Shown here piece by piece: positions 18,849 to 27,618 of a stretch of 64,000 bases of DNA (positions are counted from its first letter, which is position 1; each line of letters begins with the position of its first letter). The notes beneath the pieces are model-generated. The model had not been told where the DNA came from, did not search any database, and saw only the letters and a program-made list of their open reading frames with translations. The stretch is from Verrucomicrobiales bacterium. Lineage in GTDB: Bacteria; Verrucomicrobiota; Verrucomicrobiia; Limisphaerales; J093. The position numbers were made by a program, and so were the translations under genes. The DNA lies in contig JBBIVJ010000001.1 in NCBI GenBank assembly GCA_037439785.1, positions 97,207 through 161,206 of the forward strand. Direction: 5' to 3'.

Positions 18849-21800
18849 GGCGTGGCCTCCACGACGTTGGTGGGGATGACCTCCTTGATCTCGCCATCCG
18901 GCCCGAGCCGGACGATGAGATAGACATACCGCGCGCCGGTGACCACAGGCTGAGTGTCCACGAGCCATAGGGCCCCGGGCAGTTCTCCGCCGCCAACAAT
19001 GACTCCATCAGTCACCCGGATGAACGGATCATGGATCACGGTCACCGGTCCGCGCTGCGGGTCGTTGGCAAACGCATGGGCGATCTCCTCCATCAGCGGC
19101 GTGACCTGGATCAGGTCGTAACCAACCTGCGGGTACTCCGGCGAAACGGCCTGGACGCGATAGACCACCGCCGGGAAGAGCTTTTCACCGAACTTGTTGG
19201 TGTACAGGTGGAACATCGGGTCGCGATGCAGGCGCAGGCTGGGCAGGTTCACCTCGGGCCGTTCCTTGGGCACGTTGACCAGGTCGCGGCGCGGCACCTC
19301 GCCAATGCGGATGGCCAGACCGGGGAAAATGTTGTCCGGCATCCGCGCGGCCTGGAGCGAGGGATGGAAGAAGTTCAGGTCCGGCAGCGGGCGCGCCGGC
19401 CAGGGCACCTCCGGACCGACCAGCGGCGGCACGTGCCAGCTCAGGGACTCGGCGTTGCTGTCCGGCCCGGGCACGCCATCGGGGCCGACGGCGGCCACCA
19501 TCACGGTGTATTCCTGGCCAAGGGCGATGTTGACGGTGACCTCGAACTGCGCGCCGTTGCCGAAGGCCGGGCCGACCGGCGGGGTGCGGTACAGGAAGAA
19601 GACGTTGGTGCGCGGTTCGTTGCCGACGAGGTACTGCTTGACCCGATTGGTGATCAGGGTGCCGAGGTCCGGCGAGGGATTGGGCGGCATGAAGCCGAGG
19701 GCGTTGGCGATGGAGACCTCGAAGCGGCTCACGCCGTAGGGCGGGCAGAACCAGCGCACCTTCATCTTCGGGCTGGACTCGTCCCCGACCGGCTCCAGGG
19801 GCGCCAGCAGGGGCACGGCCATCGGCATCTGGATTTCGATGCACTCGTCAATCTGCACCAGCGGGCTGGCGTTGCCGTGCTCGTCGAAGAGCTGGGCAAA
19901 GTAGCAGATGACCGCGGCGTTGGCCGGCATGTCCGGGTCCTGCACGGTGATCTGGGACACGTCGTCGAAGTTCGCCGGCCCCTGCTTGATGAGGGTGAGC
20001 GGGCCGTTGTCCACGCGGCGGTAAAGGCGGTACTCCTTGGTGCCGGGGGTGAGGGTGATGACAATGTCCGGGCCGACCACGCCGCCGTCCGGACCGTTGG
20101 GCTGCGGGTTGTGGGCGCCGCGGCAGGGGCCGAACTGGCCGGTGGCGGCGCTCCGGCGCGGGATTTTGCGGCAATCCACGCGCACGGCGAAGGGCACGCG
20201 GCGGATGGTGGTGGTCTTGGGGTCGCGGATGGTGGTAACGAAGACAAAGTCGGAAGTCTGGCCCTGGTCGTCCCCAGCCCGGCACCAGAACAGGATTTCC
20301 CCCTCCTGGACCTGGACGCGCGGGACGGTCCAGCGCCACACCAGCAACGGCTCCTGGGGCGGGAAATAAACGCGGCCCAGGAAGTTCGATTCCGTCAGGT
20401 CGCGGAAGTAGAACTCGGCCCAGCGGACCTCCGGCCGCTCGCGGCGCACCTCGAATTCGTAGTAGGCCAGGGCCGGGTCCTGGTTGCGGCCATCCGGGTC
20501 GTTGAAATCCACCGGGTCGCGCGGCACCACGGCGTAGGCGCAGCACATCACATCAATGCGCCCGCCGGGACCGTCCGGCCCGGTGCGGTCGCGCAACACG
20601 CCATAGACCGGCCGGCTGTGGGGGGAAAAGTTGCCGCCGCCGCAGGCACCGTTGTCCACCGAGCGGATGGTGTACCAGAAGGTCTTCGAGTAGTCGGCCG
20701 GCGCGGTGGGCGAGCCGGCGCCGTCGTCGAGGTAGCTGTACAGCGTTTGGCCCGGCACGTGAGGGAAGGGGCCGGCGATGCGGTTGAGCAGGGGGTTGCC
20801 GCCGGCGGCCTGGACGTCGTCCGGCGCGGCCCAGCGGTACACGTAATAGCCGGTGACGGTGTCGGTGGTGTTGGTGTTGGGGCGCCAGAGCACCTTGAGC
20901 TTCTGCTTCGCCGCGCCGCCGGTATAGGTGTAGTCGTTTTCGACCCGCACGGCGAGGGGGGCGTCCGGCGGCAGGCGGTCGCACACGGTCACCAGCAGGC
21001 CGGGGGAAGGGCTCCAGTCGCGGCCGAGCACGTCCCGGGAGGTGACGAAGTAGTAGAACTGCGCGCCGTTCTCGAAGGGGACGCCCCCGGGCTGGTAGCG
21101 GCCGTTGTCGTCGGCCAGAAAGGCGGTCCTGGGGTCGAGCGCAAAGTTGGCGACATCCGCGGCGGAGAAGTCCCGGGTCTTGAGCACGGGCAGTTCGTTG
21201 ATGCGCTTGACGGCGGGGTGGGACTGAGCGGCCTGCCGCAGCACGTCGGCCGATGGCGGGGTGGTGTGCCAGCCCTGGGCCTCGGCGTGGGCCTTGGTCA
21301 CGCGATAGACGTTGAAGCCGTGGTTGAGCAAGGTGAGCCGGCGCAGGGCGTCCGGCGCGGCCCAGCGGAGCTTGACGTTGAGGTCGCCGCGCGGGTCGGT
21401 CTCGGGCACCTGGACCACCGGGCCGGGACGGGGCAGGGCCACGGGGACGCCGGCGGTGACGGTGACGCGGCCGACCACGCCCAGGTCGCGGTCGTTGGCC
21501 TTGTCGTACTCGCGAATCTCGAAGGTGGTCTGGCCGGCGGGGATGACCTCGGCGTGGGCGTAGCCGAGGCAGAAGTTCACGCCCGGATGCAGCCGACCCA
21601 GCAGGACCAGGTTGTTGAGCCGGGCCGGGTCCTCGAGACTGCCGCGGATGGCGGCGGAGAGTTTCACCTCCAGCGGGCCGGCCGGCGGCTGGAGGGCGGC
21701 GAAGAGGTTGTTGACCCGCACTTCGAGCCGGGGGAGGTCCTCGCCGATCGAGACCGCGCGGTTGAGGAGGGCGCGGATGACCGGCGGCTCGGTCTGCAGG

Positions 21801-22084
21801 CTGGTGATGGCGCGGCGCTCGAAGGGCTGGGTCGAGTCGGCCGCCCCGGCCTTGGCATAGACGGCGAAGCTGCGGCCCAGGACCAAATGGTTGTCCGAGC
21901 CGACCCAGAGCAGGTAGGCCCAGTGGCGGCCGGCGGCGTCGGTGGTGGTGGTGCCGACGGTGAAGATGGTGTCGGGCAACAGGGCCGGTTGGGCCAGGCC
22001 GCGGCCGGCGCCGGCACCCGACAGCAGCAGCGCGGCGAGCACCGCTCCGCGCATCCCAACCCGACTGAATCGGCTCCGGCACAT
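18845..22084 (-). CDS. giant secreted protein B (1079 aa) with several Fn3-like modules
   Basis: Start trimmed to the ATG at 22084 (MCRSRFSRVGMRGAVLAALLLSGAGAGRGLAQP), 2 nt after the stop of gene A. The longer listed ORF would overlap gene A. Fn3-like signatures are KLRWAAP...GFNVYRV, KVLWRPN...VTGYYVYRW, KEYRLYRRVDNGP and KVRWFCPP. Confidence 0.85.
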   Translation of the reverse strand: MCRSRFSRVGMRGAVLAALLLSGAGAGRGLAQPALLPDTIFTVGTTTTDAAGRHWAYLLWVGSDNHLVLGRSFAVYAKAGAADSTQPFERRAITSLQTEPPVIRALLNRAVSIGEDLPRLEVRVNNLFAALQPPAGPLEVKLSAAIRGSLEDPARLNNLVLLGRLHPGVNFCLGYAHAEVIPAGQTTFEIREYDKANDRDLGVVGRVTVTAGVPVALPRPGPVVQVPETDPRGDLNVKLRWAAPDALRRLTLLNHGFNVYRVTKAHAEAQGWHTTPPSADVLRQAAQSHPAVKRINELPVLKTRDFSAADVANFALDPRTAFLADDNGRYQPGGVPFENGAQFYYFVTSRDVLGRDWSPSPGLLVTVCDRLPPDAPLAVRVENDYTYTGGAAKQKLKVLWRPNTNTTDTVTGYYVYRWAAPDDVQAAGGNPLLNRIAGPFPHVPGQTLYSYLDDGAGSPTAPADYSKTFWYTIRSVDNGACGGGNFSPHSRPVYGVLRDRTGPDGPGGRIDVMCCAYAVVPRDPVDFNDPDGRNQDPALAYYEFEVRRERPEVRWAEFYFRDLTESNFLGRVYFPPQEPLLVWRWTVPRVQVQEGEILFWCRAGDDQGQTSDFVFVTTIRDPKTTTIRRVPFAVRVDCRKIPRRSAATGQFGPCRGAHNPQPNGPDGGVVGPDIVITLTPGTKEYRLYRRVDNGPLTLIKQGPANFDDVSQITVQDPDMPANAAVICYFAQLFDEHGNASPLVQIDECIEIQMPMAVPLLAPLEPVGDESSPKMKVRWFCPPYGVSRFEVSIANALGFMPPNPSPDLGTLITNRVKQYLVGNEPRTNVFFLYRTPPVGPAFGNGAQFEVTVNIALGQEYTVMVAAVGPDGVPGPDSNAESLSWHVPPLVGPEVPWPARPLPDLNFFHPSLQAARMPDNIFPGLAIRIGEVPRRDLVNVPKERPEVNLPSLRLHRDPMFHLYTNKFGEKLFPAVVYRVQAVSPEYPQVGYDLIQVTPLMEEIAHAFANDPQRGPVTVIHDPFIRVTDGVIVGGGELPGALWLVDTQPVVTGARYVYLIVRLGPDGEIKEVIPTNVVEATP

Positions 22085-22086
22085 GG

Positions 22087-25000
22087 CTAGAAGTCCACCT
22101 CCCAGGAGTTGTTGTGATATTCGAGGCCCACGCTCTTCGAGAACGAGATGCAGAACGGGCACCAGCCGATCTCGCCGTAGAGCTTGCCCGAGCCCTTGAG
22201 GCGCAGGCCGTCGGCGTTTTTCACGCCCACCAGCTTGATCTCGCCGCCCACGCTGACCAGGCAGAGCACATCGCCGTTGGCCCCGAGCAGCATCTTGCCC
22301 ACAAAGGTCGGGCCCTCGACGAAGTAGCCCACGCCCGCCCCGGCGCCGGCGGAGACCTGGAAAAAGCAGGTGGCCGGGATGCCCAGCAGGGCCTCGGAGA
22401 CCGGAATCCACACCTCGACGTACACGTAGGCCCCGGTGAAGGGCGGGTTGCCGAGGATGCCCTGGACGTCCGGGTCCCAGAAGAACGGGTCCAGCGTGCA
22501 GGTCTTGCCAAAGAACAGGCCGCCCATGCCCTCGTACTTGTTGATGGCCACGCGGGCGGCGCAGGAGAAGAAGTTCTCGAGCTGGCCGAAGCCCATCGAG
22601 GCACCGAGGTACTTGATCTTGAAGGCTTCGAAGTTGATTTCTCCGGTCAGCTCGATGCCGCCGCCCAGGTTGATCAGTCGCGGCGGGGAGAACGCCGGGT
22701 CAAAGGTGAACTTGGCGCCCACGTTGGCGCGCACGCCATCGCTGATCCATTTCACCTCCACGTCGGTCGCGCCCATGGTGACCTCGGTGGCGCGGCCGCT
22801 GGTCGGCAGGCAGGCGGCGGGCGTGCCGTCCGAGTCCAGTTCCTTGATCTGGAAGAAGGCGTTGAACTCCATCTCCGACGGCACCTTGAGCTGGGCGTAA
22901 AGGTCCAGGCGCAGGAGCTTGAGGGCGTCGCCGTTGATGTGGGCGTAGCCGTTGATGCGCCCGGCGCCCAGCACGCTGTTCACGTCGTCGGCCAGGCCGT
23001 TGATCGTGTTGTCCACCTCGGCGAGTGATTCGGAGATGATGTCACGGATGACCTGGTTGACCTGCTGGAAGAGCGAGTCCACCCCCTCGCGGATGGCAGC
23101 CTCGACGTCGTAGAGCCGGTGCTTGATGGTTTCCTGGAAGGTCTTGGCGACCACCGAGGCGAAGAAGCGGTCCTCGAGCTTCTGCCGCATGTAGGCGCGC
23201 AACTCGGCCTTCGAGTAGTGCACGAAGGGGTGGTCGCCGAGGCTGAGCATCTGGTTGAAGCGGGCGTTGATGTCGTTGCGGAGCTGGTTGGCCACGCCGA
23301 TGACCTGGGCGTTGAGGGCGTTGAGCTGGGCCTTGAGTTGCTGGCGGAAATCGCCCGGCAGGGCCAGGGCCTCGCGGATGTTGCCCACCACACCGCGCAG
23401 TTCGGCCAGCGCGGCCTCGATCTGGCTGAGGGTGGGGTCGAGCGTGGCCAGGAACTCGTTGAGCTTGCTGTCCACAAAGGCGCCGATGAACTGAGCGGCC
23501 AGCTCGCCGACCAGATTTTTGATGAGCTGGGCCACGATCTGGCGGGAGCCGTCCGGCGCCTTGGCGAGTATCTGGTCCAGTTTCTGCAGCGCGTCCTCGA
23601 CCTGGGCCAGGCTCGTGTCGAGCTGCTTGACGATGTCGAACTGGCCCGCGCCCGCGCCGTCCACCAGGTTGTTCAGGCGGTTGACCACCGAGTTGCCGCC
23701 GCCGGTGAGGAAGGCCGCGATGGTGGTGCCGGGTTCGCCGGCCGGGAAGCTGTTGCCGTTGGCCTGATAGATCGCCTTGAGCTGCTCATAGAGCGCGTCG
23801 AAGACCGGGTCGAGCAGGGTGTCGAAGGCCTGGTCGTAGAAGACATGCATCTGGTCCTGCAGCATCTCGTTGAACCGCTCCATGCCGGCATCGAGGGCGT
23901 CCCGCGCCGGGGCCAGCACCGCGCCGGTGAAGGCGTCCTGCACGCCGCCCAGCTCGTTGAAGACCATGTTGGCCAAGTTGATCTTGGGCAGGCCCTCGTA
24001 CTCGATGCCGAACTTCAATTCGGCGTTTTTCGCGCTGAGGTACTTGGCCTGGTGCTCGACGGTGACCACCAGCAGCTTGTTCTCCACCGGCTTGAAGATG
24101 GTGAAGGCGCGGGTGGTGGTGCTCCACTTCAGCGGGTAGTCAAAGTCCACGACTCCCAGCCAGTTCCGCTGGGCGCGCACGAGATACTTCAGGTTGCCGT
24201 CGGTGTTGCCCTGCCGGTAGCCGGCCACGGTGGTGTCAGTGGGGAAGCCGCGGTTGTCCGGGTCGGCCGGGTTGGCGTTGAAGAAGTTCTGGCCGCCGAT
24301 TTCGAAGCCTTTGCCGGGCCAGCCGCCCATCAGATAAATGGGCGCGCCGGTGCCGTCCTTGTCCGCGCTGGTGTGCAGGTGGACCTTGAGGTCCTCGAAG
24401 AAGGGCACGTCCAGTTTGCCGGCGATGTTGATGAAGCCGGGGGCGGTCTTGTAGAAATCCCAGTTGTTGTAGTAGGCGTCGTTGACCGGGGTGAAGGTGT
24501 ACTGCTCGCTGCCCGGGCCTTTCAGCTTGAAGCTGTTGGGCAGCTTGAGCCGCGAGTCAAACGGCGGGTCCAGCGCGTTGTCCTCGCGGGTGATGAGGTT
24601 GCCGTTGGGATGCCAGCCCAGTGTGCCAAACAGCGGGGCGTCCACGTGCTGCGCCCAGGCCATCACGCCCACGGTGAGAAAGCCCTCGCCCGGGTTGCAG
24701 GCGGCGGCGGCCTTGCGATCGAACTTCATCGTCAGCGGCGTGAAGTCCGCCTGCCAGAAGGCCAGCACCTTGTTCTCCTGGCCGGGGACGACCTTGGCGT
24801 CGTCCAGCGCGCCCAGGCAGGTGAACCTGAGCTCCTCGAAGGCCAGGGTGAAGTCCGAGGGAGGCTTGATCTTCACCGAGCCCTGGGTGCGGCTGTCCAC
24901 GTTGCGGCTGTCCAGGAACGACAGGCCGAAGTTCGAGAACTGGAAGTCGTAGCCGTAAATCTGCGCCGTGGGCGGGAAGGCGCCGAAGACCGCCTCGTGG

Positions 25001-27399
25001 ATGCCGCTGACGCCGGCCTTGCGCACGTAGTACTTGGCCCGGCCCCTTAGTGGGTAGGTGCCGGTGGGCTTGCCGCCCAGCACGCTCTCGCCGTTCTTCG
25101 CGCCATCGGTGCCCACGCGGAAATTCAGGCCGGGATAATCCCCCAGACCCACCTGGTAGGCCGGCTGGCCGGGACGCTCCACCTGCCCCGGGTCATCCGG
25201 TCTGACGCCGGTGAAGAGCAGCACCCCGGGACGCAGCAGTGCGTTGAGGGTGGTGTCATCGCCGCGCAGGAACGAACCGGCCATGGCGTAGGTCGTGGCC
25301 GTGAAAGGCTCCGTGCGATGGGCGTACTTCTGGATGGCGGGCAGGCCGATCCAACCCCAGGTCAACGGCGCGGCGGTGGTGAGCGTGCCCGGGCGGGTCA
25401 GACCGGCGTCGCGCGTGATGTGGAGAATATCGCCGTCAGGCTTGAATTCGAGCGTGGCTGGCCCGGCACCGCCGCTGCACAGCGGCTCGGCGCAGTCACG
25501 GGCATATTGGAGGGTCAGTGGCTGCGCTCCGTTGACCCGGCTGACCGCACTGTCCACCAGATCGTCCTTGACCGACAGCACCCCGCCGCCGTGGCGCACC
25601 CCGGAGTCGTAGGGGAAATGTGTCGCGAACCCGCCGGGCCCGAGGTCAAACTCCGCGAACAGCCGGGCCGAGCCGTCGGTGTGCGTGCGGATTTCCACGG
25701 TGCTCGAGGTGACGGCGCGGACAGCCTGGAAGAGCCGCTCGTTTGACCGCTTGGACCGCTGCGCGGCCGGCACCGGAGCCGCGGCCAGGCGGGCCCATTC
25801 ATTGCTGCGGACATACTCGCAGCGGCCGGTGGGTTTGAGCGCAAACCGTCCGTTGGCGACGGTCCAGCCCAGCTCCTGCCCCTCGATCCAGACCGGCTTG
25901 GTCTCCTCGGCGCCCCAGAGACCCGTGGGCGTGGTGAAAACCAGGCTCGCCGAGGCGGGCCGTAGATTCTGCGCCAGCCTGATGTTGCTGAACTCGATGA
26001 ACCCGGTGGTCATGCGGGAGTTGGGCGCCGGCCGGATGCCAAAGCCCGCCGGCAGCCAGACCTTGAAGTTGGCGAAGCCCCCGCCGGTGTTCAGCACCAT
26101 GCCCGAGCGCTGGAAGCGCACGTTGGCCACGGAGTTCGTGTCCGGCGCAGGGCCGCTGACCGCCACGTTCGCAGCACCGGTGTACTCGGCGTTGCCGTTG
26201 TTGCGCAGCAGCACCGACAGCGCCGCGCCGGTGCCGTAGGTGTGTGCCGGGCCGCCCTCGATGAACCCGCCCCCTGCCGCCACCGCCAGGGTGCTGGCCA
26301 CGCTGGTGGCGGTGACCGCGCCGGCGGCGGGGTTGTTGTTGATGGCGGCGACCTGCGTGGCGATGTCGCCGAAGAACAGCCGGCCGTTGAAGTGCAGCAT
26401 CCGCTGGTTGGCCAGTGTGACCTGGTTGGCCGCGACGAACGGCAGCAACGGCGTTTCCTCGTGAGCAAGCTGGACCTGCACCCGGTACAGCCGCCCGGGA
26501 GAGTCGAGCTGGCCGGCGGGCTTGAGATTCAACACCTCATTGCCCGTGACCACTGTGGGCGGAATGGGGTTCCCCAACAGCGCGATCCCGTGCGAGGCCA
26601 CGGTGCGCGAGGCGGTGAAGTTGCTTTGCACCAGCGGCACCGGCAGGCCGGTGGTGGCGTCAACGAGCGTGGCCGTGAACCGCAACGGGATGGAGGTGTT
26701 GACCGGCGCCGCCGCGAAGCCGTCGTAGCGGCGCAGGGTGAAGTCCGCCCGCACCTGAAGGGTGTCCCGGCCGGGGATGGTGTTGACCAGGTAGGTGCGC
26801 TGGTAGGTGCCGCTGTCCAGCACGGCAAGGACATTGCGGGCGGCGTCCGCGCTGTCGGTGCTGGGGAAGTGGTAGTAGGTGCGCAGGCTGTCCTGGCCGG
26901 TGGCGGCGATGGAGGAGTACCGCCCGCCGGCGGTGCTGGCCTTCTGCATGGTCACCCCCACCCGGTACTGGGTGAAGGGGCTGAGCCGGTTCACCGGCAC
27001 CAAGGGAGCGTCGTAGGTGCCCAGGGTCGTGTTGATCGTGATGCCGAAGATCGTAAAAGGCAGGGTGATCGAAGTGCTGACCCGGTACACGGTGTTGCTG
27101 AGCCCGTTCTCGTCCAGGACCGGCACGACATTCCCCGCCGCATCCTCCAGGCGGAACAGGATGCGGTAGTAATAGGTCTGCGTGGTGGCGCTGGCGGCGG
27201 TGAACCGGATTTGCGCCCGGGCGGCGATGTTCTCCCGGTTGTACTCCGGCCCCAGACCGGCGTTCGCGTCCGAGGCAATCAGGTAGCCCGTGTAGTTGGT
27301 CACCGTGACCGACTGCACCAACTCGGTGTGGGCCCACCCTGCTAACGTGCCCAGGAGGGCCACACAGACCCTCCCCGCCGGGTGGAACGCGCGCTTCAT
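22087..27399 (-). CDS. giant secreted protein A (1770 aa), no recognisable domain; long helical segment and Gly/aromatic-rich C-terminus ending in Phe
   Basis: Uninterrupted 5.3-kb ORF with signal peptide MKRAFHPAGRVCVALLGTLAGWAHT. Residues about 1130-1440 are alanine/leucine/glutamine-rich and look helical (LNNLVDGAGAGQFDIVKQLDTSLAQVEDALQKLDQILAK...). The C-terminus is ...GWCPFCISFSKSVGLEYHNNSWEVDF. Confidence 0.85.
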   Translation of the reverse strand: MKRAFHPAGRVCVALLGTLAGWAHTELVQSVTVTNYTGYLIASDANAGLGPEYNRENIAARAQIRFTAASATTQTYYYRILFRLEDAAGNVVPVLDENGLSNTVYRVSTSITLPFTIFGITINTTLGTYDAPLVPVNRLSPFTQYRVGVTMQKASTAGGRYSSIAATGQDSLRTYYHFPSTDSADAARNVLAVLDSGTYQRTYLVNTIPGRDTLQVRADFTLRRYDGFAAAPVNTSIPLRFTATLVDATTGLPVPLVQSNFTASRTVASHGIALLGNPIPPTVVTGNEVLNLKPAGQLDSPGRLYRVQVQLAHEETPLLPFVAANQVTLANQRMLHFNGRLFFGDIATQVAAINNNPAAGAVTATSVASTLAVAAGGGFIEGGPAHTYGTGAALSVLLRNNGNAEYTGAANVAVSGPAPDTNSVANVRFQRSGMVLNTGGGFANFKVWLPAGFGIRPAPNSRMTTGFIEFSNIRLAQNLRPASASLVFTTPTGLWGAEETKPVWIEGQELGWTVANGRFALKPTGRCEYVRSNEWARLAAAPVPAAQRSKRSNERLFQAVRAVTSSTVEIRTHTDGSARLFAEFDLGPGGFATHFPYDSGVRHGGGVLSVKDDLVDSAVSRVNGAQPLTLQYARDCAEPLCSGGAGPATLEFKPDGDILHITRDAGLTRPGTLTTAAPLTWGWIGLPAIQKYAHRTEPFTATTYAMAGSFLRGDDTTLNALLRPGVLLFTGVRPDDPGQVERPGQPAYQVGLGDYPGLNFRVGTDGAKNGESVLGGKPTGTYPLRGRAKYYVRKAGVSGIHEAVFGAFPPTAQIYGYDFQFSNFGLSFLDSRNVDSRTQGSVKIKPPSDFTLAFEELRFTCLGALDDAKVVPGQENKVLAFWQADFTPLTMKFDRKAAAACNPGEGFLTVGVMAWAQHVDAPLFGTLGWHPNGNLITREDNALDPPFDSRLKLPNSFKLKGPGSEQYTFTPVNDAYYNNWDFYKTAPGFINIAGKLDVPFFEDLKVHLHTSADKDGTGAPIYLMGGWPGKGFEIGGQNFFNANPADPDNRGFPTDTTVAGYRQGNTDGNLKYLVRAQRNWLGVVDFDYPLKWSTTTRAFTIFKPVENKLLVVTVEHQAKYLSAKNAELKFGIEYEGLPKINLANMVFNELGGVQDAFTGAVLAPARDALDAGMERFNEMLQDQMHVFYDQAFDTLLDPVFDALYEQLKAIYQANGNSFPAGEPGTTIAAFLTGGGNSVVNRLNNLVDGAGAGQFDIVKQLDTSLAQVEDALQKLDQILAKAPDGSRQIVAQLIKNLVGELAAQFIGAFVDSKLNEFLATLDPTLSQIEAALAELRGVVGNIREALALPGDFRQQLKAQLNALNAQVIGVANQLRNDINARFNQMLSLGDHPFVHYSKAELRAYMRQKLEDRFFASVVAKTFQETIKHRLYDVEAAIREGVDSLFQQVNQVIRDIISESLAEVDNTINGLADDVNSVLGAGRINGYAHINGDALKLLRLDLYAQLKVPSEMEFNAFFQIKELDSDGTPAACLPTSGRATEVTMGATDVEVKWISDGVRANVGAKFTFDPAFSPPRLINLGGGIELTGEINFEAFKIKYLGASMGFGQLENFFSCAARVAINKYEGMGGLFFGKTCTLDPFFWDPDVQGILGNPPFTGAYVYVEVWIPVSEALLGIPATCFFQVSAGAGAGVGYFVEGPTFVGKMLLGANGDVLCLVSVGGEIKLVGVKNADGLRLKGSGKLYGEIGWCPFCISFSKSVGLEYHNNSWEVDF

Positions 27400-27618
27400 G
27401 GCCTGGTCGGGTTGTTTAGGAATGCCAGAACACTAAGTAGTGAGGGGAGACCATTCGCATCTTGATTGCAAGCGAAAAATCGGCCTGCTGCATTGCAACC
27501 GGCAGTGACCAAGGTCGGTCCACGGTTTGCCGGCGGTCCAGCAGCGGCCGGGTGGAGGGCGCCGCGGGCGGGGTGGGCGTGGTTTGCAGTGGCCGGGCGG
27601 GGCCGCTAGCCTGCGCGC

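Noticed and set aside
15504-22090. Two very long plus-strand ORFs (1139 aa and 1019 aa) opposite the giant-protein operon
   Set aside because: They are low-complexity Gly/Arg/Ala/Val strings with no signal peptides or motifs. The minus-strand frames have signal peptides, modular domain signatures and coupled stop/start junctions. High GC3 on the real frame removes stops from the antisense frame.
18845-22411. Longer 1188-aa version of giant protein B starting at 22411
   Set aside because: It would overlap the last 325 nt of gene A in another frame. Its first 109 residues are Arg/Gly-rich junk, and the signal peptide only appears after the ATG at 22084.
27400-27618. Specific promoter or operator motifs (paired TTGCAA boxes at about 27463-27500) in the divergent region upstream of the giant operon
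   Set aside because: The region is relatively AT-rich and contains two TTGCAA hexamers. I could not place a convincing -35/-10 or -24/-12 pair on either strand, so it is not annotated as a feature.
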